Below, one piece after another: positions 31,417 to 41,649 of a DNA stretch of 64,000 nucleotides. Under the pieces are notes generated by a model. It saw only the letters and a program-made list of their open reading frames with translations, searched no databases and was not told the origin of the DNA. The DNA is from Candidatus Daviesbacteria bacterium (GTDB lineage: Bacteria > Patescibacteriota > Microgenomatia > Daviesbacterales > UBA10151), in the NCBI GenBank assembly GCA_028712705.1, contig JAQTPP010000003.1, positions 52 to 64,051 of the forward strand. The letters are read 5' to 3'. Positions within the stretch are counted from its first letter, which is position 1, and each line of letters opens with the position of its first letter. A program made the position numbers and the translations under genes.

Positions 31417-32130
31417 TTAATCCTTCCTGGGCAGCTTTAGCATTAGATATTCCAAAATAGCCCTGATATTAACATTTTGCTTGGCCCATTCCTCGGCTTG
31501 CAAGAGCTCTTTTAAAAAGCCTGTTACTTCTGGCCTTGCAAGACCAGGCCTTGCGAGCGTAATAGGTTCAATCATTTTTTGGCGGAAGAAGTATACCATG
31601 TAATGCAAAAATTCTTCCCTCTCTTTTAGTTTTTCAATATATTCAAACCGTTGCTCAAAAGAAGAATTCAGTAGCTTCTCAAGGTCTTCTGAGTATTTAC
31701 TATGATACACTAGTGTATCATCACTTTTAGGTTTAAGTCTGATGATCTCGCATCTCGACAGGATAGTTGGTAAGAGATTGTTATCAGAGGAGGCCCCAAG
31801 AATCAAGATTGCTTCCCGAGAGAGCTCCTCAATGGTTTTTAACAGGGCATTCTGGGCTTCGTGAGTCAAAATTGATGCATCTTCCAGGACAACTGCTCTT
31901 CCGGAAGCAGAATATGGTTTCAAGGAGAAAAATTCTTTTATTCTTTTAGCCTCAGCAATGCCAAGTTTTTCTCCAGCCTGGATGTATAGTAAATCCGGAT
32001 GATTTACGTTTAGGCCCGCCTGCCGCAGTCTGGTGCTGGCGGGCAGGTTTTTGAGGTGCGAAGCTAAGGTTTTGGATAGCTCCTCCCTTAGTTTATCTAT
32101 GGATGTACAAATTAAAAGCCTTGCAATCAT
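31417..32130 (-). CDS. holB: DNA polymerase III delta-prime-like subunit, short form, with inserts
   Basis: HPDL, EAQNALLKTIEE, LLPTILSRC. Confidence 0.85.
   Translation of the reverse strand: MIARLLICTSIDKLREELSKTLASHLKNLPASTRLRQAGLNVNHPDLLYIQAGEKLGIAEAKRIKEFFSLKPYSASGRAVVLEDASILTHEAQNALLKTIEELSREAILILGASSDNNLLPTILSRCEIIRLKPKSDDTLVYHSKYSEDLEKLLNSSFEQRFEYIEKLKEREEFLHYMVYFFRQKMIEPITLARPGLARPEVTGFLKELLQAEEWAKQNVNIRAILEYLMLKLPRKD
31535..31557. repeat. Family A hairpin in holB
   Basis: CTTGCAAG-ACCAGGC-CTTGCGAG; encodes LARPGLAR. Confidence 0.65.
32011..32047. repeat. Family B element in holB
   Basis: TAGGCCCGCCTGCC-GCAGTCTGGTGC-TGGCGGGCAGG. Confidence 0.8.
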
Positions 32131-32155
32131 ACGGAGATTCTAACATAATGAATAT

Positions 32156-33874
32156 ATGCCCAGTAATCTTGCCCAAAATCCGTCCGGTTCTACGCTGGAG
32201 GAGATCCTTTTTAAAGAAGGGTTGATAAGCTCAGATCAGGTTTCTGCAATAAAGCTGGAAAGTATTAATTCCGGTATCCCGGTGGAAAAAATCTTAATTC
32301 AGCGGAATTTGGTGCCGAACAACAAAATAGCTCAAGCCAAAGCACAGATTTTAAATGTTCCTTATATTTCCCTGGCCGGCCGGGCCATTGCGGCAGATGT
32401 CTTAAATTTAGTGCCGGAAGTTGCAGCCCGCCGTTATCAAATAATTCCATTTGAAAAAAAGGGAGAAGAATTATGGGTGGCAATGGCAGATCCTTTAGAT
32501 ATCCAGATTACTCAATTTGTCGAAAAAAGGACCGGACTTAGAGTGAAGCCGTATTTGGCGCTTGCAGAAGACATCCTGCAGGATATCTCAGATCAATATG
32601 CTCAAAACTTAACTTCAGAAGTAACTTCTGCGCTCAAGGAAGTTGCAGCTGTTAGGCCAATGAAAGAGGTTCAAGTTGGACCCGAGATCTTACGCGAGGC
32701 GCCTGTTTCCAACATTATTGACCAGCTTTTAGAATATGCCATAAAAAATAGGGCCTCTGATGTCCATATCGAGCCTCAAGAAAACAGAACCAGGGTTAGG
32801 TATAGGATAGACGGGATTTTACAAGAGAAAATTCTTCTTCCAAAAGGCGTGCATGATGCGCTTGTTTCAAGAATTAAAATCCTTGCCGTTTTGAAAATTG
32901 ATGAAAAACGTCTGCCCCAGGATGGCAGGTTTACTTTTACCTATGGACAAAATATTGTAGATCTTAGGATTTCCACAGTGCCGACTGTATTCGGAGAGAA
33001 AGTAGTTTTGAGGTTGCTCCCCAAATCAACAGGTGCGCCATCGCTTTTGGAATTGGGTCTGAGAGGAGCTTCTCTTAAAGCTTTGGAAAGCCAATTGCTT
33101 CGCGCGCATGGCATCATCCTGGTTTGCGGACCAACCGGTTCCGGTAAAACCACAACACTTTATTCAATTTTAACCAAGATATCAACCACCAGGGTGAATG
33201 TGGTAACGATTGAAGATCCGGTTGAATACCAGATTCCCGGAGTTAATCAGGTTCAAGTCAATACCGGCGTCGGCTTAACTTTTGCATCGACCTTACGAAG
33301 CTTTTTAAGGCAAGATCCGAATATCATAATGGTTGGTGAGATAAGAGATACCGAAACTGCGGAGTTGGCAATACAGGCGGCGCTAACAGGTCATCAAGTG
33401 TTTTCTACTGTTCATACGAATTCCGCAGCCGGTGCGCCTCCCAGGCTTTTGGATATGGGAGTTGAACCTTTTTTGTTGACGTCTGCTCTAAATGCTATTG
33501 TTGGACAAAGAGTTGTCAGGAAAATTGATCCGCATTGTAAGGTGGAATTTAATGCTCCCCCGGAAGTAATCGGCAATATTAAACAAGTTTTAGGAAAATT
33601 TATTCCGCAATCCCAATCGGCAAATATGAAATTATACAAGGGTAAAGGATGCAGTTTTTGCGGTAATACCGGATATTTAGGCAGGATTGGAATATTTGAA
33701 GTTTTAAGTTTAACAGACAAAATATCCAAGCTAGTCTTAGAGCATACCTCATCCGGCGTAATTGAAGAAGCTGCTGTGGGAGAAGGTATGATCACGATGA
33801 AACAGGATGGTTATATGAAAGTATTGGAGGGTATAACTACCATGGAAGAAGTCCTGAGAGTGGCCCAGGATTAG
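32156..33874 (+). CDS. pilB: Type IV pilus assembly ATPase
   Basis: ASDVHIEP, GPTGSGKTTTLY, LRQDPNIIMVGEIRD, Cys motif, GYLGRIG. Confidence 0.93.
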   Translation: MPSNLAQNPSGSTLEEILFKEGLISSDQVSAIKLESINSGIPVEKILIQRNLVPNNKIAQAKAQILNVPYISLAGRAIAADVLNLVPEVAARRYQIIPFEKKGEELWVAMADPLDIQITQFVEKRTGLRVKPYLALAEDILQDISDQYAQNLTSEVTSALKEVAAVRPMKEVQVGPEILREAPVSNIIDQLLEYAIKNRASDVHIEPQENRTRVRYRIDGILQEKILLPKGVHDALVSRIKILAVLKIDEKRLPQDGRFTFTYGQNIVDLRISTVPTVFGEKVVLRLLPKSTGAPSLLELGLRGASLKALESQLLRAHGIILVCGPTGSGKTTTLYSILTKISTTRVNVVTIEDPVEYQIPGVNQVQVNTGVGLTFASTLRSFLRQDPNIIMVGEIRDTETAELAIQAALTGHQVFSTVHTNSAAGAPPRLLDMGVEPFLLTSALNAIVGQRVVRKIDPHCKVEFNAPPEVIGNIKQVLGKFIPQSQSANMKLYKGKGCSFCGNTGYLGRIGIFEVLSLTDKISKLVLEHTSSGVIEEAAVGEGMITMKQDGYMKVLEGITTMEEVLRVAQD

Positions 33875-33881
33875 AAATTAA

Positions 33882-34934
33882 ATGAACATACAACAATTAT
33901 TAGATTTAACTATTCAAAGAAATGCTTCTGATTTACATTTATCTGTCGGATCTCCGCCTATCCTCCGGATACATGGCGATCTTTTTCCCGTACCTGGTGA
34001 AGTACCCACTACTCCGGAACAAATTGATAGCTTGATTCAACCTCTTCTCTCAGATATTCAAAAAAATATCTATAAACAAGTTTTTGAACTTGATTTTTCG
34101 TTTGAATTTGAATCTAAAGCTAGATTTCGGGTTAACCTGTATAGACAAAAAGGTTACCCGTCGGCGGCTTTGCGGCTTATTCCCTATCGCATACCGGAAG
34201 TTGAAGAATTGGGTTTTCCTTCCGTTGTCAACCGTCTGATAGATTTAAAGCAAGGTTTTATTTTAGTGACCGGACCGACCGGTCACGGTAAATCCACGAC
34301 TTTAGCTTCATTTATAAATAAGATTAACAAGACCCGGGCAGTCCATGTCCTTACCGTTGAAGACCCAATTGAATATATGTATCCTCCGGGAAAATCTTTG
34401 ATTGAACAAAGGGAAATGTACTCTGACACAAGATCCTGGGGAAATGCCCTGCGTTCAGCTTTACGGGAAGATCCGGATGTAGTTTTAATCGGTGAAATGA
34501 GGGATTTAGAAACTATATCTTCAGCTATGACTATTGCAGAGACCGGTCATTTGGTTTTTGCAACTCTTCACACAAATTCATCTACGCAATCTATTGACCG
34601 GATTATTGATGTTTTTCCCGAAATACAACAACCACAAATCAGGCTTCAGCTGGCATCGACCCTGGAGGCAATTCTGTCGCTTCGTCTGGTTCCGACCATT
34701 GAACCGGGAAGGATTTTGGCATCTGAAATATTATTCACTACTCCTGCCGTAAGGAATATTATTCGCGAGGCAAAGACATATTTGATAGACAATATTATTG
34801 AAACATCCGCAGAACTTGGGATGCAAACTCTTGAGCGCTCTCTTGCTGTTTTGGTAAAAGCAGGGAAAATTTCCCAGGAAGTGGCATTGAAATTTGCTCT
34901 GCGTCCAGAATTATTAAGCAAGCTTTTGAAATAG
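33882..34934 (+). CDS. pilT: Type IV pilus retraction ATPase
   Basis: ASDLHL, GPTGHGKSTT, LREDPDV, AVRNIIRE, GMQT. Confidence 0.93.
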   Translation: MNIQQLLDLTIQRNASDLHLSVGSPPILRIHGDLFPVPGEVPTTPEQIDSLIQPLLSDIQKNIYKQVFELDFSFEFESKARFRVNLYRQKGYPSAALRLIPYRIPEVEELGFPSVVNRLIDLKQGFILVTGPTGHGKSTTLASFINKINKTRAVHVLTVEDPIEYMYPPGKSLIEQREMYSDTRSWGNALRSALREDPDVVLIGEMRDLETISSAMTIAETGHLVFATLHTNSSTQSIDRIIDVFPEIQQPQIRLQLASTLEAILSLRLVPTIEPGRILASEILFTTPAVRNIIREAKTYLIDNIIETSAELGMQTLERSLAVLVKAGKISQEVALKFALRPELLSKLLK

Positions 34935-34938
34935 CTGT

Positions 34939-36138
34939 ATGGAATTTATCTACAAAGCAAAGGATATACAGGGTCAGGAGCACGCCGGCAGTGTTAAATC
35001 TCCCGATGCTCATTCTGCTGCTGTGACTATACGAAAGGAAGGTCTGATTGTTATTTCACTATCTCCTAAAACGCCTCCTGTAAACAGATTGCTAGACCGT
35101 TTTATAAATAGGGTAAGCTTTTCTGAAGTAGTTATTTTTACCAGACAGCTGGCAACAATGGTAAGCAGCGGATTAGTTTTATCAGAAGCGATAGATATTC
35201 TGGAAGATCAGCAAACCAATAAAAATCTGAAGAAAGCTTTGAATGACATTTCCCAGGACATCAAAGGAGGTTTAACGCTGGCACAAGCTTTTAGTAAATA
35301 TCCTGATATTTTTCCCCATCTTTATGTTAATTTAATTAAGGCCGGTGAGGCCTCCGGAAAGCTTGATTCTATTCTTTTACAGATGGCTGACGGGTTGGAG
35401 AAAGAAAGAGAATTTCAAGCAAAAATTAAAGGAGCAATGATCTATCCGGTGTTAGTTTTATCTATGATGCTGGTAGTGCTTGTTATAATGATGATTTTTG
35501 TTATCCCGAAGCTTTTAACTTTGTATTCTCAATCAACAATGGAATTGCCGTTGCCTACCAAAATACTGATTGGTATGTCAAATCTTTTTGTGAACTATTG
35601 GTGGTTGGGACTTATTATTTTAATTGGAGGATACATTGGGATAGACAGATGGAAACGGACCCCCGAAGGTAATCTTTTCTTAGGCAAATTGATTCTAAGA
35701 ATCCCAATTGCGGGCAAGGTTGTGGCAAATGTTGCACTGACAAATTTCAACCGTACGTTTGGGCTGCTGATTTCTGCAGGTATACCATTACTTGATTCTA
35801 TTGGTATAGTATCGGATTTAATGGATAATCCCGTGTTTAAAAATGCGCTCAAAGAAAGTTATTCCGGAGTAGAAAAAGGACTGCCGTTTTCTTCTCTTCT
35901 TACAGCCAATATTTTCCCAAAAATTATCAGCCAGATGGTTAGAGTGGGTGAAGAAACAGGAAAAGTAGATGAAATATTTTTTAAGCTGGCCGACTATTTT
36001 GAATCTGAATCAGACCATATGGTTAAGAATTTGACTGTAGCAATCGAGCCAATTGTTTTGATAATTTTGGGTATAGGAGTGGCATTCCTGGTAATCTCGA
36101 TTATCTTACCGATTTACAAATTAACCACGTCATTTTAA
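34939..36138 (+). CDS. pilC: Type IV pilus platform protein
   Basis: FTRQLATM, GEASGKLD, AMIYP, GEETGKVD, IEP. Confidence 0.93.
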   Translation: MEFIYKAKDIQGQEHAGSVKSPDAHSAAVTIRKEGLIVISLSPKTPPVNRLLDRFINRVSFSEVVIFTRQLATMVSSGLVLSEAIDILEDQQTNKNLKKALNDISQDIKGGLTLAQAFSKYPDIFPHLYVNLIKAGEASGKLDSILLQMADGLEKEREFQAKIKGAMIYPVLVLSMMLVVLVIMMIFVIPKLLTLYSQSTMELPLPTKILIGMSNLFVNYWWLGLIILIGGYIGIDRWKRTPEGNLFLGKLILRIPIAGKVVANVALTNFNRTFGLLISAGIPLLDSIGIVSDLMDNPVFKNALKESYSGVEKGLPFSSLLTANIFPKIISQMVRVGEETGKVDEIFFKLADYFESESDHMVKNLTVAIEPIVLIILGIGVAFLVISIILPIYKLTTSF

Positions 36139-36203
36139 TCAAGATGCTACTTGACTAAGCATTAGAAGTTGTGGATACAATGTATGTGAGGGGGTGAGAA
36201 ATT

Positions 36204-36734
36204 TTGAAAAAATCTGCTCATGGTTTCACATTAGTGGAACTTTTGGTTGTTATTGCAATTATTGCCATATTGGCAGCAGTCGTTGTTTTAATTATTAACC
36301 CGTTAGAGCTTACCCGTAGAGGTCGTGATGCGGCCAGACTTACTGATTTGTCAAATTTACAGCAAGCAATTAACGTGGCAGTTCAGGAAGCAACCGGATC
36401 TGCGGCTACTATTCTTTGCAGCGGCGATAGTGCGCCATGTAATGGGTTAAGCAATATAGCTGGCAGGGGTTCTGATGGAACAGGCTGGGTGAAGGTTGAT
36501 ATGTCTTCTCAGAAGAGCGTGTCGGTACCCACCTTACCAATAGATCCGATTAATGATGCGACAAATCATTACATATATTGTTCAGACGGCAATGCCTGGG
36601 AGATTGATGCAAAACTGGAATCAACACAGCAATCAGGCAAGATGTTACCTGATGGTGGAGATGATCCAGTATTGTATGAGGTCGGTTCTAATTTGAAGCT
36701 TACTTCTCCTTCGGGAGGAACTTGTACTTATTAA
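36204..36734 (+). CDS. Type IV pilin, probably the major pilin
   Basis: G|FTLVELLVVIAII; own TTGACT/TACAAT promoter and strong SD GAGGGGGTGAG. Confidence 0.88.
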   Translation: MKKSAHGFTLVELLVVIAIIAILAAVVVLIINPLELTRRGRDAARLTDLSNLQQAINVAVQEATGSAATILCSGDSAPCNGLSNIAGRGSDGTGWVKVDMSSQKSVSVPTLPIDPINDATNHYIYCSDGNAWEIDAKLESTQQSGKMLPDGGDDPVLYEVGSNLKLTSPSGGTCTY

Positions 36735-36738
36735 CGCT

Positions 36739-37659
36739 ATGTGGGGATCAGCCGGATTTTTGATCGGTATAGTCTTGGGAAGCTTGGTAAAAGCATTGGC
36801 TGATCGTAGTTTAAGCAATAAATCTTTTTGGGGAAGGTCGTACTGCTTGAGGTGTCGGCATACGCTGGCTGTGTACGACCTTTTTCCTGTTCTTTCCTAT
36901 GTTTTGCTTAGAGGAAAATGTAGATATTGCAAGGATCGGATAAGTATAGAGTATTTGGTTGTTGAGGTGGTAATGGGGATGTTAATTGGGTTTTTGTTTT
37001 GGCAAGAGTTCAGTAGTCTTCAGTCTTCAGCTTTCAGTCTTCAGCTAATTTCAAATTTTAAATTTTTAATTTTTATTTTTGATTTACTTTTTAAGACTTT
37101 TTTTATTGTAATTCTGGCAATTCTTTTTATTACGGATATTAAAAGAATGCTGATTCCGGATAGAATTATTAAACCGGCTATTCTGATCGGGACAATTTCC
37201 CTGCTGGTTATTACCGCATATAAGGTAGGATACTTGTACTACTACTTAGCTCAAACGCCGATCGGTAGACAACTTCTTCCTCCGAGTAGTGGATACTTCC
37301 AAAGACATGCGTTAATGGTAGTCCAGCCGTTTCTCTTATCATTATTGATGGGGCTCTTGATTGGCGGATTTTTCTGGGGGTTGATAATTATTACCCGTGG
37401 AAAAGGAATGGGCGGAGGGGATGTAAAATTAGGAGCATTTATCGGAGTAATGTTAGGGTTCCCCCAAGCTCTTTTAGCCTTAGTTTTGGCATTTTTTACA
37501 GGCGCGATATTTGGAGTAGCGCTTATTATTGCCGGCAAAAAACATTTTGGTCAAACAATTCCCTTTGGCCCATTTTTGGTTTTGGGAAGCTTGATAACTA
37601 TTTTTTGGGGAAATCAGATTATTGGTTGGTATTTAAGATTAAGGGTATTTATCCCTTGA
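36739..37659 (+). CDS. pilD: Prepilin peptidase
   Basis: RSYCLRC, GKCRYC, TDIKRMLIPD, GMGGGDVKL, IPFGPFL. Confidence 0.92.
   Translation: MWGSAGFLIGIVLGSLVKALADRSLSNKSFWGRSYCLRCRHTLAVYDLFPVLSYVLLRGKCRYCKDRISIEYLVVEVVMGMLIGFLFWQEFSSLQSSAFSLQLISNFKFLIFIFDLLFKTFFIVILAILFITDIKRMLIPDRIIKPAILIGTISLLVITAYKVGYLYYYLAQTPIGRQLLPPSSGYFQRHALMVVQPFLLSLLMGLLIGGFFWGLIIITRGKGMGGGDVKLGAFIGVMLGFPQALLALVLAFFTGAIFGVALIIAGKKHFGQTIPFGPFLVLGSLITIFWGNQIIGWYLRLRVFIP
37015..37074. repeat. Two adjacent heptamer arrays in pilD
   Basis: AGTCTTC AGTCTTC AGCTTTC AGTCTTC then AATTTCA AATTTTA AATTTTT AATTTTT. Confidence 0.7.
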
Positions 37660-37738
37660 TACAACTAGTTTACATAATTGTATCTTGACAAACAGTTTAG
37701 TTTGTATGAATAATAAATTAACGAAATAACTATTGTAT

Positions 37739-38152
37739 ATGAAAAAATTCCTGCCCAAGTCTACCAACAATCTTTCTGGTTTTACCTTGGTTGAGCTTCT
37801 TGTTGTTGTATCCATTATTGCCGTTTTATCCATTATTGGAATTACTATATTTTCAGGTGTGCAAAAGAATGCGAGAGACGCAAGAAGAAAAGCGGATATA
37901 GATAGTATCAGTAAAGCCTGGGAAGCTAATATTTCTAAAACTTCGCCTTATTATCCGCTCCTGCAAGGAACATGGTTTGCAAGCGGCAATATACCGAAAG
38001 ATCCCAGTACCGGCAGTAGTTATAATTATGCTTCAGGAGCAAATGAATCAGCCGGGGCTGATACATACAAAGTTTGCGCAACACTAGGAGATGCTGCAGG
38101 GACGTGTTCTGCTACCAGCACCACATGTTATTGCCAGTCTAACCAGCAATAG
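37739..38152 (+). CDS. Pilin/pseudopilin
   Basis: G|FTLVELLVVV; ARDARRKADI. Confidence 0.88.
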   Translation: MKKFLPKSTNNLSGFTLVELLVVVSIIAVLSIIGITIFSGVQKNARDARRKADIDSISKAWEANISKTSPYYPLLQGTWFASGNIPKDPSTGSSYNYASGANESAGADTYKVCATLGDAAGTCSATSTTCYCQSNQQ

Positions 38153-38157
38153 CCTTA

Positions 38158-38646
38158 ATGTTTAAAGGTCGCGGTTTCACTTTAATCGAACTTCTTGTAA
38201 CAGTTAGTATTATTGCCATACTTTCTGCAATTGGCCTGGTTGTTTATTCAAATGTCATAAAACAGGGTCAGGATTCAAAAAGACAGTCGGATTTGCGGTC
38301 AATCCAATCGGCTCTGGAGCAGTATTATAGCGACCAGGGTTTTTATCCAGCCGGTAATTTGCCTTTCGGGAGCTCCCTTAATAATTGTACAGGGAATCCG
38401 ACTTCACCTTGTTCGAGCACCAAAACATATATAAATAATGTCCCGAACGATTCAAATGTGAATATCCCGTATAGATATGAAGCTGTAAGGAATGGAAGCA
38501 TCGGTTGTACAAATGCTACTACTGCGACTCAATGTAATAGTTATTGTCTTACTTCTAAATTAGACATTCCTCCTTCCCCCATTCCCTCTTTACCTACGGG
38601 TTGCTCGTATTCTAGCGATTACAATTTCTTCGTCTCTCCTCCGTAA
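38158..38646 (+). CDS. GspG-like pilin/pseudopilin
   Basis: G|FTLIELL; DSKRQSDL..ALEQYY..YP. Confidence 0.88.
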   Translation: MFKGRGFTLIELLVTVSIIAILSAIGLVVYSNVIKQGQDSKRQSDLRSIQSALEQYYSDQGFYPAGNLPFGSSLNNCTGNPTSPCSSTKTYINNVPNDSNVNIPYRYEAVRNGSIGCTNATTATQCNSYCLTSKLDIPPSPIPSLPTGCSYSSDYNFFVSPP

Positions 38647-38650
38647 AAGG

Positions 38651-38682
38651 AATGTACAACGTACAATTAACAATGTACAATT
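38651..38682. repeat. Intergenic heptamer array
   Basis: AATGTAC AACGTAC AATTAAC AATGTAC AATT. Confidence 0.7.
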
Positions 38683-38690
38683 AAAGCAAG

Positions 38691-39206
38691 ATGCGCAAAT
38701 CTGCCCAAGGATTTACTCTAATTGAGCTTTTGGTAGTTATTGCAATTACAGCAGTAATAGGAATTTATACACTTATAAATTCCAGATCTTTTGGAGAAGA
38801 CCAGAATCTTAAAAATGCAAGTTTAGATATTCAAAGCCTGCTTCGACAAGCTCAAACAAACGCCACTGCTAATGTAATATGCAATACCGGATATAGCGCC
38901 ACCTGGCAGGTTGAATTTGCTAATTTAGTAACTATTAATCTAAAGTGTATGGAGCCTGCATCTTCCTCGATTCTTAAAAAGACATTGCAACTGGACGCAA
39001 ATAATGTATTGAAACCTCCAATAACCGGAACAGGGTCTAATTGTCCAACACTACCCCCATTTACAATAAGTTTTGACTCACTTACAGGCAAGGTTGGTTT
39101 TGGAGATCCAGGATGCACTTCACTAACAATTACCTTGCAAAACAGTAAAACCGGAAGCACAAAGTCTTTTACTATTGAACAAGGAGGCAGGATTTATGGA
39201 CAGTGA
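38691..39206 (+). CDS. Minor pilin (FimT/GspH-like)
   Basis: G|FTLIELLVVI; C-terminal FTIEQGGRI. Confidence 0.85.
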   Translation: MRKSAQGFTLIELLVVIAITAVIGIYTLINSRSFGEDQNLKNASLDIQSLLRQAQTNATANVICNTGYSATWQVEFANLVTINLKCMEPASSSILKKTLQLDANNVLKPPITGTGSNCPTLPPFTISFDSLTGKVGFGDPGCTSLTITLQNSKTGSTKSFTIEQGGRIYGQ

Positions 39207-39708
39207 AAAAGGCCAATCTTTGATAGAAGTAATAGTGGCTGCAACTGTCGGAATTTTAGTAGTTTCGGCCCTGACATTTGCCACCATTTTTTCCCTTAGG
39301 AATGCCAATTTTGCCAAAAATTCTGCTCAAGCCACAAAACTGGCCCAGGAAGGGATTGAGAGTGTGAGAACAGGTAGAGATAGAAATGTGTCAATAGCCG
39401 GTAATTTTCAAATCAATGGTTTTAATATCACTTCGTGGGATCCTGATCTTTGGTCAAATCAAATCAACCCAAACTGTATTCCTAATTGTTACTTTAATAT
39501 AAATTCCTCTGGAGAGTTACGATATCTCATCGGAGCTCTCTCTATTCCTTCAGCAGCGGAGACAATAGGCCAATTTAAACGGGTAGTTATTTTATCTGAT
39601 GAAGCTACAAGCTACACTACTCAAAAAACAGCCACAGTTATTGTCCAATGGAATGACTCCACAGGCTCTCATGACTCAAAATTAACTACAATTTTAAGAA
39701 AGCTATGA
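39196..39708 (+). CDS. Minor pilin (PilV-like), start ATG 39196
   Basis: G|QSLIEVIVA; LAQEGIESVR. Confidence 0.82.
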   Translation: MDSEKGQSLIEVIVAATVGILVVSALTFATIFSLRNANFAKNSAQATKLAQEGIESVRTGRDRNVSIAGNFQINGFNITSWDPDLWSNQINPNCIPNCYFNINSSGELRYLIGALSIPSAAETIGQFKRVVILSDEATSYTTQKTATVIVQWNDSTGSHDSKLTTILRKL

Positions 39709-40328
39709 GAAACAAAGGTTTCACCTTAGCAGAGATTCTGGTGGTTATGGCTATAGTTGCCATTGTAGGAACAATATTGGTATTGATTTTTACAAATACT
39801 TTGCGAGGCAGTAATAAATCCCAGATTCTTTCGATTATGAAGCAAAATGGTCAAGCAGTGCTGGATAGCATAGATAGAACTATCAGGAACTCGGACGGTG
39901 TAGCCTGTCCTGCTTCAGGATCCAGCGATACTATTGTGATTGTAAAAAATGGTACATATAGCAGGTATAGGATTACTTCTGCGAACAGTAGTGCTGGTTC
40001 AGCCCCTGCTGTTTGTATTGGCACGGGAAAAAATGGTTGTATTGTCCTGGATAATCCTACGCCCTCGCCATCGGAAATCACCCCTCAATTATTCCTCAAT
40101 AGAATATGCGGTTCGACCGATCCAATGTCTTCGGCACAGATTCTGACTGATACTAATCCTTTGACCGGAGTTTCAATTGACAGCGGATTATTTACTGTAA
40201 GCGAACCATCTGGTTTCAAAGCTGTTGTTACGGTGAACTTTACCCTGGGACCCGGAGTTGACGTGCCTCAAATAATTAGAAACCAGATAGGTTCTGTAAT
40301 CAATCAGACGACTATTGAGTTGCGGTAA
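39705..40328 (+). CDS. Minor pilin (PilW-like)
   Basis: G|FTLAEILVVM. Confidence 0.82.
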   Translation: MRNKGFTLAEILVVMAIVAIVGTILVLIFTNTLRGSNKSQILSIMKQNGQAVLDSIDRTIRNSDGVACPASGSSDTIVIVKNGTYSRYRITSANSSAGSAPAVCIGTGKNGCIVLDNPTPSPSEITPQLFLNRICGSTDPMSSAQILTDTNPLTGVSIDSGLFTVSEPSGFKAVVTVNFTLGPGVDVPQIIRNQIGSVINQTTIELR

Positions 40329-40360
40329 GTTGATTGACAATTTAGGAGAAAAAACTGACA

Positions 40361-41248
40361 ATGAGTAATAAAAGGAATCGGTTAATGAGAAACGAAACAG
40401 GACAAGTAATTTTGGTGCTGATTTTAGTGATGACTGTTGCCTTAGCTATTGGAATTTCCGTAATTCAGCGGTCGATATTGGATATTTCAACTGCCTCCAA
40501 AGTAGAACAATCCTCAAGGGCATTTTCCGCAGCAGAAGCCGGGATAGAAAATAAACTAATTGGAGGCTCGGGCAGTGTGAATTTTGCAGAAAATAGTGCA
40601 ACAGCCCAGGTTTCAGGCGGTGATTTGGCGCCGGTAGTTCCTGCTGCAGGTAACCGTCAGGATCCTCTGGAATACCCGCCTTTAGCCAAAGAAGAAGTTG
40701 CCCAGATTTGGCTGGCGGATTATACCTCGAGCTCAAATCCTCCTGCAGCAGCCTATACTCAATCCTCGTTGGATATTTATTGGGGTAATTCATCTACAGA
40801 CAAGGCTGCTTTGGAATTGACACTCATTTATTATGATGGCAGCAAATACACCAGCCGGAAATGGTATCTTGATAATCCTTCGGTCACAAGGGATCCGGCG
40901 AATAACTTTGACAAAAGCGCAAATTGCAATGGGTCTCAACTAGGCTCAAATAATTATCAATGCTATAAACAGCTGGGTAATAGCAGCGGAATAAATAATG
41001 GTCCGTTATCCTCGGGTTTAATGCTGCTTCGTGCGAGACTTTTATATAATACCGCCTCTCAGCCTTTTGCAGTACAGGCAGTCGGTACTTGTGGTGCAAA
41101 TTGTTCCCTTCCTCCACAAGTAAGAAGTATAATTTCTACCGGTACGGCAGGTACAACACAGAGAAAAGTTAAATTGTTCCAAATAAATAAGGTGGTCCCG
41201 TCATATCTCGATTATGCCATCTTCTCTACAGGCGCAATAAATAAGTGA
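40361..41248 (+). CDS. PilX-like minor pilin (start may be ATG 40385)
   Basis: G|QVILVLIL lacking Glu5; AFSAAEAGIE. Confidence 0.8.
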   Translation: MSNKRNRLMRNETGQVILVLILVMTVALAIGISVIQRSILDISTASKVEQSSRAFSAAEAGIENKLIGGSGSVNFAENSATAQVSGGDLAPVVPAAGNRQDPLEYPPLAKEEVAQIWLADYTSSSNPPAAAYTQSSLDIYWGNSSTDKAALELTLIYYDGSKYTSRKWYLDNPSVTRDPANNFDKSANCNGSQLGSNNYQCYKQLGNSSGINNGPLSSGLMLLRARLLYNTASQPFAVQAVGTCGANCSLPPQVRSIISTGTAGTTQRKVKLFQINKVVPSYLDYAIFSTGAINK

Positions 41249-41649
41249 TGAAAAGTGAAAGCGGTTTTTCTCTTGTTGAATCCCTGTTGGTTGTGGTAAT
41301 GGTTGGATTGCTGGTATTTTTGCTTGCAAGTATCCCAAATTCCCTAATGCTTATCACTAAGAGCAAGCACGCGAGCTTGGCCCGGGAAATAGCTGTCAAG
41401 CAGATTGAAGATAAAAGGACAATAAACTATGCGAATTTAGTTACGGATAATTCCCCGATTAGTGATTCGCGTTTGAGCGCATTACCTCAAGGCAATGGAA
41501 CAGTTACTGTCGGAGATTGCGATCCGACCATTTGTACAAATGGAGAACAAATTAAAGAGATCACAGTTTCGCTGAATTGGCTGGATAATAACAAGACACA
41601 AACTCTAACACTCAAAGCAATGATTGGAGAAGGAGGAATTAACCAATGA
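41245..41649 (+). CDS. Minor pilin
   Basis: G|FSLVESLL. Confidence 0.82.
   Translation: MMKSESGFSLVESLLVVVMVGLLVFLLASIPNSLMLITKSKHASLAREIAVKQIEDKRTINYANLVTDNSPISDSRLSALPQGNGTVTVGDCDPTICTNGEQIKEITVSLNWLDNNKTQTLTLKAMIGEGGINQ

Noticed and set aside
31989-32007. GTAAATC-CGGAT-GATTTAC inverted repeat in holB
   Set aside because: Encodes the conserved HPDL motif, so probably coincidental
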